From Candidatus Electronema halotolerans (GTDB lineage: Bacteria > Desulfobacterota > Desulfobulbia > Desulfobulbales > Desulfobulbaceae): DNA of 32,000 nucleotides. The stretch lies in contig OW818675.1 of NCBI GenBank assembly GCA_942493095.1, positions 240,001 through 272,000 on the forward strand, written 5' to 3'. The position numbers were made by a program, and so were the translations under genes. The notes beneath the pieces are model-generated. The model saw only the letters and a program-made list of their open reading frames with translations. It did no database searches and was not told where the DNA came from. This document shows, piece by piece, positions 1 to 8,920 of this stretch. Every line of letters begins with the position of its first letter. The stretch's first letter is position 1.

Positions 1-37
1 CTGTTTTCTGATTTTCCTTTTTAACAAGACCAAGATT

Positions 38-811
38 ATGAATTTGCAGCAGGATTTGCAGCAGCGGCTGCGGCAGAAGCCCGTTCTTCTCATGACCCAT
101 CTGGTGCTCGGCTATCCTTCGCTGGCCGTCAACCGCGAAGTCATTCAGCAGATGGCGGAGAACGGCGTTGATTGCATTGAACTTCAGATTCCTTTTTCTG
201 AGCCAATGGCGGACGGGCCGGTGATTCTCAAGGCCAATCAGGACGCGCTGGCCGCAGGCATCAAGGTGCGGGACTGCCTTGCCTTTGCCGCTGAGATGGC
301 GCAGGCGTTTCCGCAGGTCAATTTTCTCTTCATGACCTATTGCAACATCGCCTTCCGCTATGGCATGGCTAAGTTTATTCGGCAGGCGGCAAAGATCGGC
401 ATAAAGGGCTGCATCATTCCCGACCTGCCGCCGGAAGAGGGCGAGGACTATCTGCGCCTGACCAAGGAGAACGGTTTGGCTGCTGTCATGTTCTTCACGC
501 CGACCTCGACAGATGCGCGGATGGCCGAAACAGCAGGGCAGGGCGGCGGCTTCATCTACTGCGTGGCCCGCAAAGGCGTGACTGGCCAGCGCACTGAGAT
601 GGACAGCAGCCTTACCGCCTATCTGAGCCGTTGCCGCAAGGCCACTGATTTGCCCTTGGCAGTCGGTTTCGGCATTGCCAGCCGCGAAGACGTGGCCATG
701 CTGGAGGGCAGAGCGGACATGGCCGTGATCGGTACGGCCACGATCAAATTGGTTGATCGGGAAGGCCCGTTCGCCGTCGGGCCGTTCATCCGCTCCTTAG
801 CTGGAGCCTGA
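38..811 (+). CDS. trpA: Tryptophan synthase alpha chain
   Basis: 257-aa ORF of typical TrpA length. It has the ELQIPFSEPMADGPVI active-site loop and the C-terminal GFGI phosphate-binding segment. ATG at 38, TGA at 809-811. Confidence 0.92.
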   Translation: MNLQQDLQQRLRQKPVLLMTHLVLGYPSLAVNREVIQQMAENGVDCIELQIPFSEPMADGPVILKANQDALAAGIKVRDCLAFAAEMAQAFPQVNFLFMTYCNIAFRYGMAKFIRQAAKIGIKGCIIPDLPPEEGEDYLRLTKENGLAAVMFFTPTSTDARMAETAGQGGGFIYCVARKGVTGQRTEMDSSLTAYLSRCRKATDLPLAVGFGIASREDVAMLEGRADMAVIGTATIKLVDREGPFAVGPFIRSLAGA

Positions 812-823
812 GCCTGATCGTCC

Positions 824-1681
824 ATGTTGGAGAAAATCAGCACCATGCTTGAAATGATCAAGTTCAAGCATACGGTCTTTGCCATGCCCTTTGCCCTGAC
901 CGGGACCTTTCTCGCTGTCCGGGGCATTCCCTCGCTCTGGGTCTTCTTCTGGGTGATCATGGCCATGATTGGGGCGCGCACTGCGGCCATGACCTTCAAC
1001 CGCATTGTTGATCGTCGTTTTGATGCAGCCAATCCCCGCACCAGCCAGCGGGCTATTCCGACAGGACAGGTTTCTTTGAGCGAATCTTGGCTCTTGGTTG
1101 CCGCCTCCTCAGCCCTGTTCTTTCTCGCCTGCTGGATGCTCAACAGCTTGGCTTTGCAGATAGCCCCCTTTGCCTTGGCCCTGACCTTTTTCTATTCGCT
1201 GACCAAACGCTTCACGTGGCTCTGTCACGTGGTGCTCGGCATAGCCTTGGCCTTTTCACCATTGGGCGGCTGGGTCGCAGCCGCAGGCAGTCTGAGCGGC
1301 TATCCGTGGCTGCTGTCGCTCGGCGTGCTCTTCTGGGTCGCAGGTTTTGATGTGGTTTATGCCACCCAAGATGCGGAATTTGACCGGCAGGCTGGGCTGT
1401 ATTCCATGCCTGCCTCGCTGGGCCGGAAAAACGCTTTCCGGCTGGCAATCACCTTCCATGCCCTCGCCTTTATCCTCTTCACCCTGACCGGCCTGCATCA
1501 GCAGCTTAATTTTATTTATTATCTCGGCATTACCCTGACCGGGACTGCCCTGTTCTACCAGCACCTGATCGTCAATCCCAGAGACTTGTCCAATATTCAA
1601 GTGTCCTTTTTCTCCATGAATGGCTTCATCTCCCTGACCCTGTTCATTGCGGTCTGCCTGTCCCTGCTGCTGGCGGGCTGA
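824..1681 (+). CDS. UbiA-family aromatic prenyltransferase (short 4-hydroxybenzoate polyprenyltransferase-like / MqnP-like type)
   Basis: 285-aa polytopic membrane protein with both Asp-rich UbiA motifs (NRIVDRRFDAANPRT and YATQDAEFD). It starts 13 nt after trpA. Confidence 0.85.
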   Translation: MLEKISTMLEMIKFKHTVFAMPFALTGTFLAVRGIPSLWVFFWVIMAMIGARTAAMTFNRIVDRRFDAANPRTSQRAIPTGQVSLSESWLLVAASSALFFLACWMLNSLALQIAPFALALTFFYSLTKRFTWLCHVVLGIALAFSPLGGWVAAAGSLSGYPWLLSLGVLFWVAGFDVVYATQDAEFDRQAGLYSMPASLGRKNAFRLAITFHALAFILFTLTGLHQQLNFIYYLGITLTGTALFYQHLIVNPRDLSNIQVSFFSMNGFISLTLFIAVCLSLLLAG

Positions 1682-1801
1682 ACCCTCATCGCCGGGCAGA
1701 ACTTGGCCGGTCAGGCCTTCTTCATATCTTCCCTTGAAAGTCTGCTCAATATAGGATAGGCTTGACAAAATTTTATTGAAACAGTCCAGCGACGCAAAAA
1801 G

Positions 1802-3685
1802 ATGAAACCTGATTTTCTTGAATATGTTCATAACCATGTGGTGCTGGGTGACGGTGCCCTTGGTTCCTATCTCTTTGAGCAGGGCGTGGAGCGGGGCCGC
1901 AATCTGGACCTGCTCAATCTGCAAGCCCCGGAAACCGTGCTGGCCGCTCACGAGGAATACATTCGGGCTGGCAGCCAGCTCATTGAGAGCAACACCTTTG
2001 GTGCCAATCGCTTCAAGCTGCGCGAGGTCGGTGCTGGTGAACGGGCACGGCAGATCAGCCGCACTGGCGCAGAGATTGCGGCCAAGGCTGCCGGAAAACA
2101 GGTTTACGTGGCTGGCTCAGTTGGCCCGACCGGCCTCAGCTTTCCCTTGCATGAGGAGCACATCAGCCTGGAAGAGATCAGGGAGAGCTTCTGCGAGCAG
2201 GTGCTTGGTCTGGCCGAAGGCGGGATTGATCTGCTGATTCTGGAGACCTTTTCCAGTCTGGAGGAAATCCTGCTCGCCATTGCCGCCGCCCGGAGCGCAG
2301 CTCCGCAGCTGCCTGTGATCGCGCAGATGGTCTTCCCGGCCAAGGGACTGACCGTGCTGGGCGAGGATGCCCTGTTCTGCGGCCAGCAGATGCGGGCTGC
2401 CGGAGCGGCCTTGGTCGGCACTAACTGCGGGCGCGGCATGGATGCCACCGTGCAGGCTATTGCCCGCCTGTCACCGTTAGCTGGTGAAGGCACGCCGCTG
2501 TCCGCCTTTCCCAATGCCGGCATGCCGGAGCTGCTCAACGGGCGGATGATCTACCCGGCCCAGCCCGGTTACATGGCAGCGCGGGCCAAGGAGATGATCC
2601 GCAACGGCGTGCATCTGCTTGGCGGCTGCTGCGGCACTCAGCCTGCCCATATTCATGAGTTCCGCAGCAGCCTGCGGATCAAGCCGGTGCGGGTGTATCT
2701 CAGCGGCGAGGAGCAGGAGCAGGAGGCAGAGGAACCGCTGACCGTTGCAGGCAAGAATGGCGGCTTTCTTGACTCCCTTCAGCCGGGTCGGCTGCCGATT
2801 ATTGTTGAGCTGGACCCGCCTGCTCATTTAGATGCGGAGCCAGTCCTGCGCGGGGCCGAGGAATTGGTCAGGGCTGGTGTGGATGCCATTTCGCTGGGCG
2901 AAAATCCCTTGGCGATTTTGCGGGCAGGCAATTTGAGCATGGCCGCCCTGATTCGCCAACGCACCGGCATTCAGACCATTCTTCATCAGACTGGGCGGGA
3001 CGTGAATGCCCTTGGCATGCAGTCGCGGATGATGGATGCGCACCTGCTCGGCCTTGAAGCGGTGCTGGCCGTGTCTGGCGATTCTGCCACAGGCACGGAT
3101 CAGCCTGGGGTGAGCGGGGTTTTCGATCTCCGCTCCTACGGCCTGATCGCCATGCTGGAGGGCCTCAACCGGGGCCTGAGCATGGCTGGGCAGCAGCTTC
3201 GCAAACAGACCAATTTCTCCATTGGCGCAGCCTTCACTTTCCGCCCAGACGATCCTGAGACCCAAGTTCGGCGTTTGGAGAAAAAGGCCGAGCTGGGAGC
3301 GCGTTTCGCCATGACTCAGCCCATTTTTGCCCCTGCAACGGTGGAGCAGATGCTGGAAGCGACACGCCATCTTGACATTCTTGTTTTTCCGGGTATCTTT
3401 CCTCTCATATCCGCCCGCAACGCTGAGTTTCTCCACAACGAGGTGCCTGGCATCTCCGTGCCGGGTGAGCTGCGCCGCCGCTTGGCCCAGTTTGAGCAGG
3501 TCGCAGACCAGCGCAAGGCCGCTTTGGAATACACGGCAGACATGATTGCCGAGATTGCCCCGCTGATTGACGGCCTGTATCTGATCAGCCCGCTCAACAA
3601 ATGGGACATTGCCCTGCAATTCGTGCTTCAGGCACGGCAGGCTGGATGGACGGGCAGGGCAGGGCGGATTCATCAGCATTCTTAA
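1802..3685 (+). CDS. Bifunctional homocysteine S-methyltransferase / 5,10-methylenetetrahydrofolate reductase (YitJ-type fusion)
   Basis: 627 aa. The N-terminal ~300 aa has Hcy-methyltransferase motifs (IESNTFGAN, GTNCG, GGCCGT zinc-Cys). The C-terminal ~290 aa is an MTHFR-like barrel (IIVELDPP..., AVSGD, FAMTQPIF). Confidence 0.88.
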   Translation: MKPDFLEYVHNHVVLGDGALGSYLFEQGVERGRNLDLLNLQAPETVLAAHEEYIRAGSQLIESNTFGANRFKLREVGAGERARQISRTGAEIAAKAAGKQVYVAGSVGPTGLSFPLHEEHISLEEIRESFCEQVLGLAEGGIDLLILETFSSLEEILLAIAAARSAAPQLPVIAQMVFPAKGLTVLGEDALFCGQQMRAAGAALVGTNCGRGMDATVQAIARLSPLAGEGTPLSAFPNAGMPELLNGRMIYPAQPGYMAARAKEMIRNGVHLLGGCCGTQPAHIHEFRSSLRIKPVRVYLSGEEQEQEAEEPLTVAGKNGGFLDSLQPGRLPIIVELDPPAHLDAEPVLRGAEELVRAGVDAISLGENPLAILRAGNLSMAALIRQRTGIQTILHQTGRDVNALGMQSRMMDAHLLGLEAVLAVSGDSATGTDQPGVSGVFDLRSYGLIAMLEGLNRGLSMAGQQLRKQTNFSIGAAFTFRPDDPETQVRRLEKKAELGARFAMTQPIFAPATVEQMLEATRHLDILVFPGIFPLISARNAEFLHNEVPGISVPGELRRRLAQFEQVADQRKAALEYTADMIAEIAPLIDGLYLISPLNKWDIALQFVLQARQAGWTGRAGRIHQHS

Positions 3686-3871
3686 TTTCTCTATGTTCAA
3701 GTCCCTGGATGATTACATTTATATTCTTTGACCAATAGGGGTTACGCCCGGCAAAGATCAAGCAAAAGATCACCGAAGTGAAATTGGGGTGGAAGCTCGA
3801 GCTGACCTTGCAGACCAAACTTTTCGTCCGCCTCCTCTTTCTGAACCTTCATCTCTGCGAAGAAAAAAATA

Positions 3872-4966
3872 ATGAACAATTTCCGATTTGCAACGGCTGA
3901 AGACTTTAATCCCGCTGAACTGGGAAAATCACTCTGCATGGATTTTGATGCTGTCCGCAGCGCATTTGCCGAAGAGCCGGATCAGAGAGTCAACGGCGCG
4001 TTGAGCGGCTATATTTACGACATGCCGCAATTTCCTGATGATCCGGTCAGAGGCGGCATTCATTATGCACGGTATGTTGAGTTGCCTGATTCGCTGATTC
4101 CTCAGAGGCAGCCGCCGTTGCTGCGCTCTTTTGCCGAAGAAATCCAAGAAACCGTGCCAGAGGCGGCAACTTTCTTTGATTTGGGGCCGGGACCGGAATG
4201 GTCGGTGCGAAAAAACACTGTGCCGGCACTCAAGATGCTGCAACCTGCTGTGTATGTGCCGGTTGATCTGGAGCCTGAGTTTACAGAAGAAGCATGCAAG
4301 GTGGTCAGCAGCGAGTTCCCTGAAATGAATGTGAACAATCTTGTCAGTAATTTTCATGCCGAGCCGCTGTCTGGCGCGGCAACCGAAAATGCGCTTGTCT
4401 GGTATCCAGGTTCGACCTTGGGCAATCTGCCTTCGCTGCCGGAAACCGCTTTTGCTGAGAACCGATTTGTCATGGAGCATCTTGCCCTGCTGCGTCAAGG
4501 TGCGGCAGAAGAGCAGGCCCGTTATCTGGTGCTTCTGATGGACAGAAAAAAAGAGGACATTCAGTCCATGCTCGACTTGTATGCCTCAGACGATGCGGTT
4601 GGCTGTTTTCGCAGCATTCTCTTTAAGCTGAAGCGGGACCTTCAGGCAGAAGATTTTGATCCTGCGGCATTTGCCTATGAACCGCTTTGGAATGAGCAGA
4701 CCAGCGCGGTGGAGCACACCTTCACCGCTGCTGCAAATCAGCTCTTCAAGATACATGACTGTTTCACCAATGCTTCTGCAACAGTAAGAGTTTCAGCAGG
4801 CGAACGCTATGTCTTAGCCAATTCTATGAAGCCGAGCTGCGATGACATGCAAGCCATGCTATCTTGTTCAGGCTGGGAGCCGCTGCGGTCAGCAGAAGAT
4901 GCGGACCGTCAGTTTCATATTCATCTTGCGCAGGCTGGTACCGCACAAATCATATCGGATAGCTGA
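3872..4966 (+). CDS. EgtD-like (Methyltransf_33 family) SAM-dependent amino-acid N-methyltransferase, divergent
   Basis: 364 aa, colinear by eye with mycobacterial EgtD:
- FFDLGPGPEWSVRKNT vs LVELGSGTSEKT
- YVPVDLEPEF vs FIPFDVDAGV
- YPGSTLGNL vs FLGSTIGNL
- the DFDPAAFAYEPLWN block vs DFDLDAFEHVAKWN

The start is uncertain: the SD before 3872 is weak and there is an alternative ATG at 3938. Confidence 0.68.
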   Translation: MNNFRFATAEDFNPAELGKSLCMDFDAVRSAFAEEPDQRVNGALSGYIYDMPQFPDDPVRGGIHYARYVELPDSLIPQRQPPLLRSFAEEIQETVPEAATFFDLGPGPEWSVRKNTVPALKMLQPAVYVPVDLEPEFTEEACKVVSSEFPEMNVNNLVSNFHAEPLSGAATENALVWYPGSTLGNLPSLPETAFAENRFVMEHLALLRQGAAEEQARYLVLLMDRKKEDIQSMLDLYASDDAVGCFRSILFKLKRDLQAEDFDPAAFAYEPLWNEQTSAVEHTFTAAANQLFKIHDCFTNASATVRVSAGERYVLANSMKPSCDDMQAMLSCSGWEPLRSAEDADRQFHIHLAQAGTAQIISDS

Positions 4967-4967
4967 C

Positions 4968-5723
4968 ATGCTGGAACTGCGTAATATCTCCAAAACCTAC
5001 GGCCAGACGCAGGCTCTGCGCTCCATCAACTTGTCTGTTCCTGCGGGCAAGACCACCGTATTTCTGGGGCCGAGCGGCTGCGGCAAATCCACTCTGATCC
5101 GCATCATGAACGGGCTTATTCAAGCCGATTCAGGTGCGGCTGTTTATTTTGAGGGCGTGCAAGTCACGGAAGCAAACGCGCTCCAGCTCCGCCACAAAAT
5201 GGGCTATGTCATTCAGGAGGGCGGCTTGTTCCCGCATCTGACTGCCAGACAAAACATTGCATTGATGGCAAAGCATCTGGACTGGGCAAAGGATCGTATT
5301 GAAGAACGGATAACAGAGCTGGTCCGGCTGACCCAGTTTCCTGAGCAAGGGTTGGACCGTTTTCCGGCAGAGCTGTCCGGCGGGCAGCGGCAGCGGGTCA
5401 GTTTGATGCGCGCTCTGATGCTTGACCCTGCCTTGCTGCTCTTGGACGAGCCGCTCGGCGCGCTTGATCCCATGATTCGCTCTGAACTGCAAAGCGAGCT
5501 GCGCCAAATATTCCAGACCTTGGGCAAGACTGTGGTGCTTGTCACGCATGATATTGGCGAGGCTGATTATCTCGGCGACCTGCTGGTGCTGATGCGCGAT
5601 GGCCAGATCCTACAGCAGGGCCTGTTGCGCGATATGGTCAAAAATCCGGCAGAACCGTTTGTCAGTCAGTTCATCAATGCGCAGCGCAGTCCTGATGTGT
5701 TGCAACAGAAGGAGGGAGCATGA
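4968..5723 (+). CDS. ABC transporter ATP-binding protein, osmoprotectant/quaternary-amine (OpuC/ProV-like) type, no CBS tail
   Basis: Walker A GPSGCGKST, signature LSGGQRQRV, Walker B LLLLDEP, H-loop VTHD. I moved the start from the track ORF (4842) to the ATG at 4968, one nt after the upstream stop. At ~251 aa it is too short to carry the tandem CBS domains of OpuAA/OpuCA. Confidence 0.9.
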   Translation: MLELRNISKTYGQTQALRSINLSVPAGKTTVFLGPSGCGKSTLIRIMNGLIQADSGAAVYFEGVQVTEANALQLRHKMGYVIQEGGLFPHLTARQNIALMAKHLDWAKDRIEERITELVRLTQFPEQGLDRFPAELSGGQRQRVSLMRALMLDPALLLLDEPLGALDPMIRSELQSELRQIFQTLGKTVVLVTHDIGEADYLGDLLVLMRDGQILQQGLLRDMVKNPAEPFVSQFINAQRSPDVLQQKEGA

Positions 5724-7222
5724 AAACATTATGGCATTATTTCTGCGCATTATTTCTGCTGGCAGTCCTGCTGCCCACGGTTCCGGCGCAGGCTGAGGCA
5801 GAGATCACTGTCGCTTCAAAAAATTTCACAGAAAGTGTCATTCTCGGCGAAATAATCACCCAAGTGCTGCGCTCCGCCGGAGTTAAGGCGGAACATCGGC
5901 CTGAGCTGGGCGGCACCCAAGTGCTGTGGAACGCCCTGCTGCGCGGCGAAATAGACAGTTATCCTGACTACACCGGCACTTTGCGGCAGGAAATGTTCAC
6001 AGGGCAGCAGATCAACAATTTTGCTGATTTGCGTCAACGGCTGGCAGAGAAAAACATCCTGACCACAGAGCCGCTCGGCTTTAATAACACGTATGCCCTT
6101 GCCATGAAAAAAGCAAAGGCAAAGCAGCTCGGCATCCGCACCATTTCTGATCTGCGCAAGTTTCCTGATCTGGCCTTTGGTTTCAGCAATGAGTTCATGG
6201 ACCGCAATGACGGCTGGCAGAATCTGCGCACCCATTACCAACTGCCACAGACTGATGTCAAAGGACTGAATCACGATCTGGCCTATTTGGGCTTAGATAA
6301 CGGCTCGATTGACGTGACAGACGGGTATTCAACCGATGCGGAAATCGTCTATTATGATTTGCAAGTGCTGAAGGATGACCGGCAGTATTTTCCTGAATAT
6401 CAGGCGGTGATTCTCTATCGGGCAGGATTGCGGAAACGCGCTCCGCAAGCAGCGGCGGCCCTGCAAAAGCTGGCTGGCAGCATTTCTGAGGCGGAAATGG
6501 TGAAAATGAATGCCCGCGCCAAACTGGACAAGGTGTCAGCCAGCCAAGTTGCCTCTGATTTTCTCAAGGAAAGATTCGCGCTGCAAACAGAAGTGACCGA
6601 GGAAACAGTCTTTTCCCGTCTCTGGCAGCACACGGTTGAGCATCTGATTTTGACCTGCTGTTCGCTGCTGGCCGCAGTGGCTGTCTCCATCCCCCTTGGC
6701 ATCTGCGCGGCCAAATATGAACGGCTGGGGCAGATTGTTTTAGGCGTGACAGGCATTATTCAGACCATTCCATCTTTAGCCCTGTTAGTTTTCATGATTC
6801 CGTTCTTGGGCATTGGCAATGCTCCGGCCATTGCGGCCCTGTTTCTTTACAGTCTGCTGCCAGTAGTCCGCAACACCTACACCGGCCTGCATGGCATTTC
6901 CCCGCCGCTCATTGAATCAGCCAAGGCTTTGGGCCTGTCGCCTTGGGCGCGTTTGCGGCTGATTGAACTGCCCTTGGCCTCGCGCTCCATTCTGGCGGGC
7001 ATCAAAATTTCTACGGTGCTCAACATCGGCTTTGCCACCTTGGGTGCGTTGATCGGCGCAGGCGGCTATGGGCAGCCGATTCTGACCGGAATTCGTTTGG
7101 ATGACACCGGCCTGATCTTGCAGGGAGCCATTCCGGCTGCGGTACTGGCTCTGCTGGCGCAGGGCATGTTTGAGCTGCTGGAACGGGCGGTGGTGCCAAA
7201 AGGACTGCGGCTGACAGCGTGA
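5720..7222 (+). CDS. Fused periplasmic substrate-binding domain (OpuAC/OpuBC family) + ABC permease
   Basis: 500 aa. A signal peptide (cleavage near AQA-EA) is followed by a ~270 aa glycine-betaine/choline-type binding domain (ASKNFTES..ILGEI, YPDYTGT). Then comes a permease domain with the IPSLALL..PVVRNTYTGL EAA-type loop. ATGA overlap with the ATPase gene; SD AAGGAGGGA. Confidence 0.88.
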   Translation: MKTLWHYFCALFLLAVLLPTVPAQAEAEITVASKNFTESVILGEIITQVLRSAGVKAEHRPELGGTQVLWNALLRGEIDSYPDYTGTLRQEMFTGQQINNFADLRQRLAEKNILTTEPLGFNNTYALAMKKAKAKQLGIRTISDLRKFPDLAFGFSNEFMDRNDGWQNLRTHYQLPQTDVKGLNHDLAYLGLDNGSIDVTDGYSTDAEIVYYDLQVLKDDRQYFPEYQAVILYRAGLRKRAPQAAAALQKLAGSISEAEMVKMNARAKLDKVSASQVASDFLKERFALQTEVTEETVFSRLWQHTVEHLILTCCSLLAAVAVSIPLGICAAKYERLGQIVLGVTGIIQTIPSLALLVFMIPFLGIGNAPAIAALFLYSLLPVVRNTYTGLHGISPPLIESAKALGLSPWARLRLIELPLASRSILAGIKISTVLNIGFATLGALIGAGGYGQPILTGIRLDDTGLILQGAIPAAVLALLAQGMFELLERAVVPKGLRLTA

Positions 7223-7257
7223 GATTGCGCTTTTGCGTAACGTATTCTGCTGAAACT

Positions 7258-7555
7258 GTGGAGCAGATGCTGGAAGCGGCACGCCATCTTGACATTCTTG
7301 TTTTTTCGGGTATCTTTTCTCTGGTCTCTGCCCGCAATGCAGAGTTCCTCCATAACGAGGTGCCGAGCGAGCTGCGCCGCCGTCTGGCCCAGTTTGAGCA
7401 GGTCGCGGACCAGCGCAAAGCCGCTTTGGAATACACGGCAGACATGATTGCCGAGATTGCCCATATCATTGACGGCCTGTATCTGATCAGCCCGCTCAAC
7501 AAATAGGACATTGCCCTGCAATTCGTGCTGCAAGGCCGGATGGCAGGGCAGCGGC
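7258..7555 (+). pseudogene. Remnant duplicate of the 3-prime ~300 nt of the MTHFR-domain gene (copy of 3341-3665)
   Basis: My hand alignment to 3341-3627 shows about 20 substitutions over ~270 nt and one 15-nt deletion (GISVPG becomes S). A TGG-to-TAG change at 7504-7506 sits where the intact gene has Trp. There is no homology upstream of 7255, so the rest of the gene is absent. Confidence 0.88.
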
Positions 7556-7599
7556 AGAACGGACTTGCTGAAGAAATTAACTTAAAAAAGAGTGAGTTG

Positions 7600-8511
7600 A
7601 TGACTTGGAATACGGACCAGCTCTATTGGTTGATGTACAAAGATGCTGATCAAGAAATTCTTACTTCATTTGAACGGCGCGTCTTAAAAATAGCCTATCC
7701 AATCGCTTATTGGTCATTGGACAGGGCGGTGAAACAGGAGAATCTGGAGGGAGTTATTACACAATTATCTGGATTACTTCCTGATATTTCATCACAGTAC
7801 AGCAATCAACAGTTCAGAGGTTTTGTTGAAAAGGCTGTAAGAGCACTACAGGCGTTTCAATGTCAAATGGCATCCGATATTTTCACTTCAGATTTGTTTG
7901 CTGACAAAGAACAACTAAAGATGGTTGACATAGGCGATTCTTCTGGACTGCATTCTTTATGTATCAAACATCTACTGAAAGATAAGAAGAAAATTGAAAC
8001 AGTCAGTATCAATTTAGATCAAAGGGCAATTGAAAAAATACAAAGCAAAGGTCTAAGAGCAATCTTGGCAAGAGCGGAAGATTTAGAACTTAATGAAAAT
8101 TTTGATCTTTTAACTTCATTTCAAACAGTTGAACATCTCCTTGATCCTATTGGTTTCCTAAGCAGAACAGCACGTAAGATAGATGCTGAACATTTTTTCA
8201 TCACTGTGCCCTTTTTCAAAAAAAGCCGTGTCGGTCTGCACCATATCAAAACCAATAAAACCGGACCGGTTTATGCGGAGCAGACCCATATATTTGAACT
8301 GAATCCTCATGACTGGTCGCTGCTTTTTCAACACAGCGGCTGGAAAATTGTCAAAGAAAGAATTTACTATCAATATCCACGTCGTATCCCTGTAGTAAAC
8401 GCTTTGCTCAAGTGGTTCTGGAGGATATTTGACTTTGAAGGATATTGGGGTGTTCTCCTACGGAAGGATTTAACTGTATCTAATTATTACCAAGATTGGA
8501 AGGATATTTGA
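7600..8511 (+). CDS. Class I SAM-dependent methyltransferase (uncharacterised)
   Basis: It has the motif I-like MVDIGDSSGLHS, an acidic loop, and the post-motif LLTSFQTVEHLLDP. It is very AT-rich. I moved the start to the ATG at 7600 (MTWNTDQ), because the 5-prime extension of the track ORF runs into the MTHFR remnant. Confidence 0.62.
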   Translation: MTWNTDQLYWLMYKDADQEILTSFERRVLKIAYPIAYWSLDRAVKQENLEGVITQLSGLLPDISSQYSNQQFRGFVEKAVRALQAFQCQMASDIFTSDLFADKEQLKMVDIGDSSGLHSLCIKHLLKDKKKIETVSINLDQRAIEKIQSKGLRAILARAEDLELNENFDLLTSFQTVEHLLDPIGFLSRTARKIDAEHFFITVPFFKKSRVGLHHIKTNKTGPVYAEQTHIFELNPHDWSLLFQHSGWKIVKERIYYQYPRRIPVVNALLKWFWRIFDFEGYWGVLLRKDLTVSNYYQDWKDI

Positions 8512-8512
8512 C

Positions 8513-8920
8513 ATGCTTCAGCTTGATCATTTCGCGGTTCAGGTTTCAGATTTAGAAAGGTCTATTGAATTTTATAAAAAAATAGGCCTGGAATATCGTT
8601 ATACTGCTTTTGACGAAGAAAATCATGAACGCTATGCTTTTTTCACGCTTCCTTCTGGGGGAAGTTTTGAACTTCTACAAGTTTTAGATGAGCAAAACAA
8701 TCCTATTCCTTTGCAAAAGAAAGAGTTGGTTCAACCTTTTTGTCCGCATATTGCTTTCACCACGAGTGATATGAACGAGACAATGGCCATGATTCAAGAA
8801 AAAGGATTTGAGATTGTCAAAGGGCCAATGAACATACCTGATGAAGTTTCTTGGGTTTTTATAAAAGATTATGACAATAATGTAGTTGAATTTGTTGAGT
8901 GGATAGGGGAGAAGCGGTGA
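8513..8920 (+). CDS. VOC / glyoxalase-I-family protein
   Basis: 135 aa. It has LDHFAVQVSDLERSIEFYKK..G at the N-terminus and a single beta-alpha-beta-beta-beta pair layout, ending ..NNVVEFVEW. It starts 2 nt after the upstream stop. Confidence 0.78.
   Translation: MLQLDHFAVQVSDLERSIEFYKKIGLEYRYTAFDEENHERYAFFTLPSGGSFELLQVLDEQNNPIPLQKKELVQPFCPHIAFTTSDMNETMAMIQEKGFEIVKGPMNIPDEVSWVFIKDYDNNVVEFVEWIGEKR

Noticed and set aside
2828-3700. Long antisense or overlapping ORFs opposite well-supported genes. Examples are 2828-3700(-), 10657-11454(-), 18171-19334(+), 20447-21175(+), 23993-25300(+), 25297-25968(+), 26520-27674(+) and 28835-29986(+).
   Set aside because: Each lies fully inside a gene with unmistakable family motifs on the other strand. 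Their translations are low-complexity and Arg/Ala/Gly/Pro-rich, as expected for shadow ORFs in G+C-rich DNA.
4842-4967. N-terminal extensions of track ORFs (4842, 7525, 11881, 17649, 25030, 29866, 31563).
   Set aside because: Each extension overlaps the upstream gene or a repeat. In each case an internal start with a good SD, and/or the canonical family N-terminus, is available.
7219-7506. 95-aa ORF annotated by the track as a possible gene.
   Set aside because: It is the decayed duplicate of the MTHFR C-terminus. It lacks the rest of the domain and ends at a TAG that replaces a conserved Trp, so I called it a pseudogene fragment.
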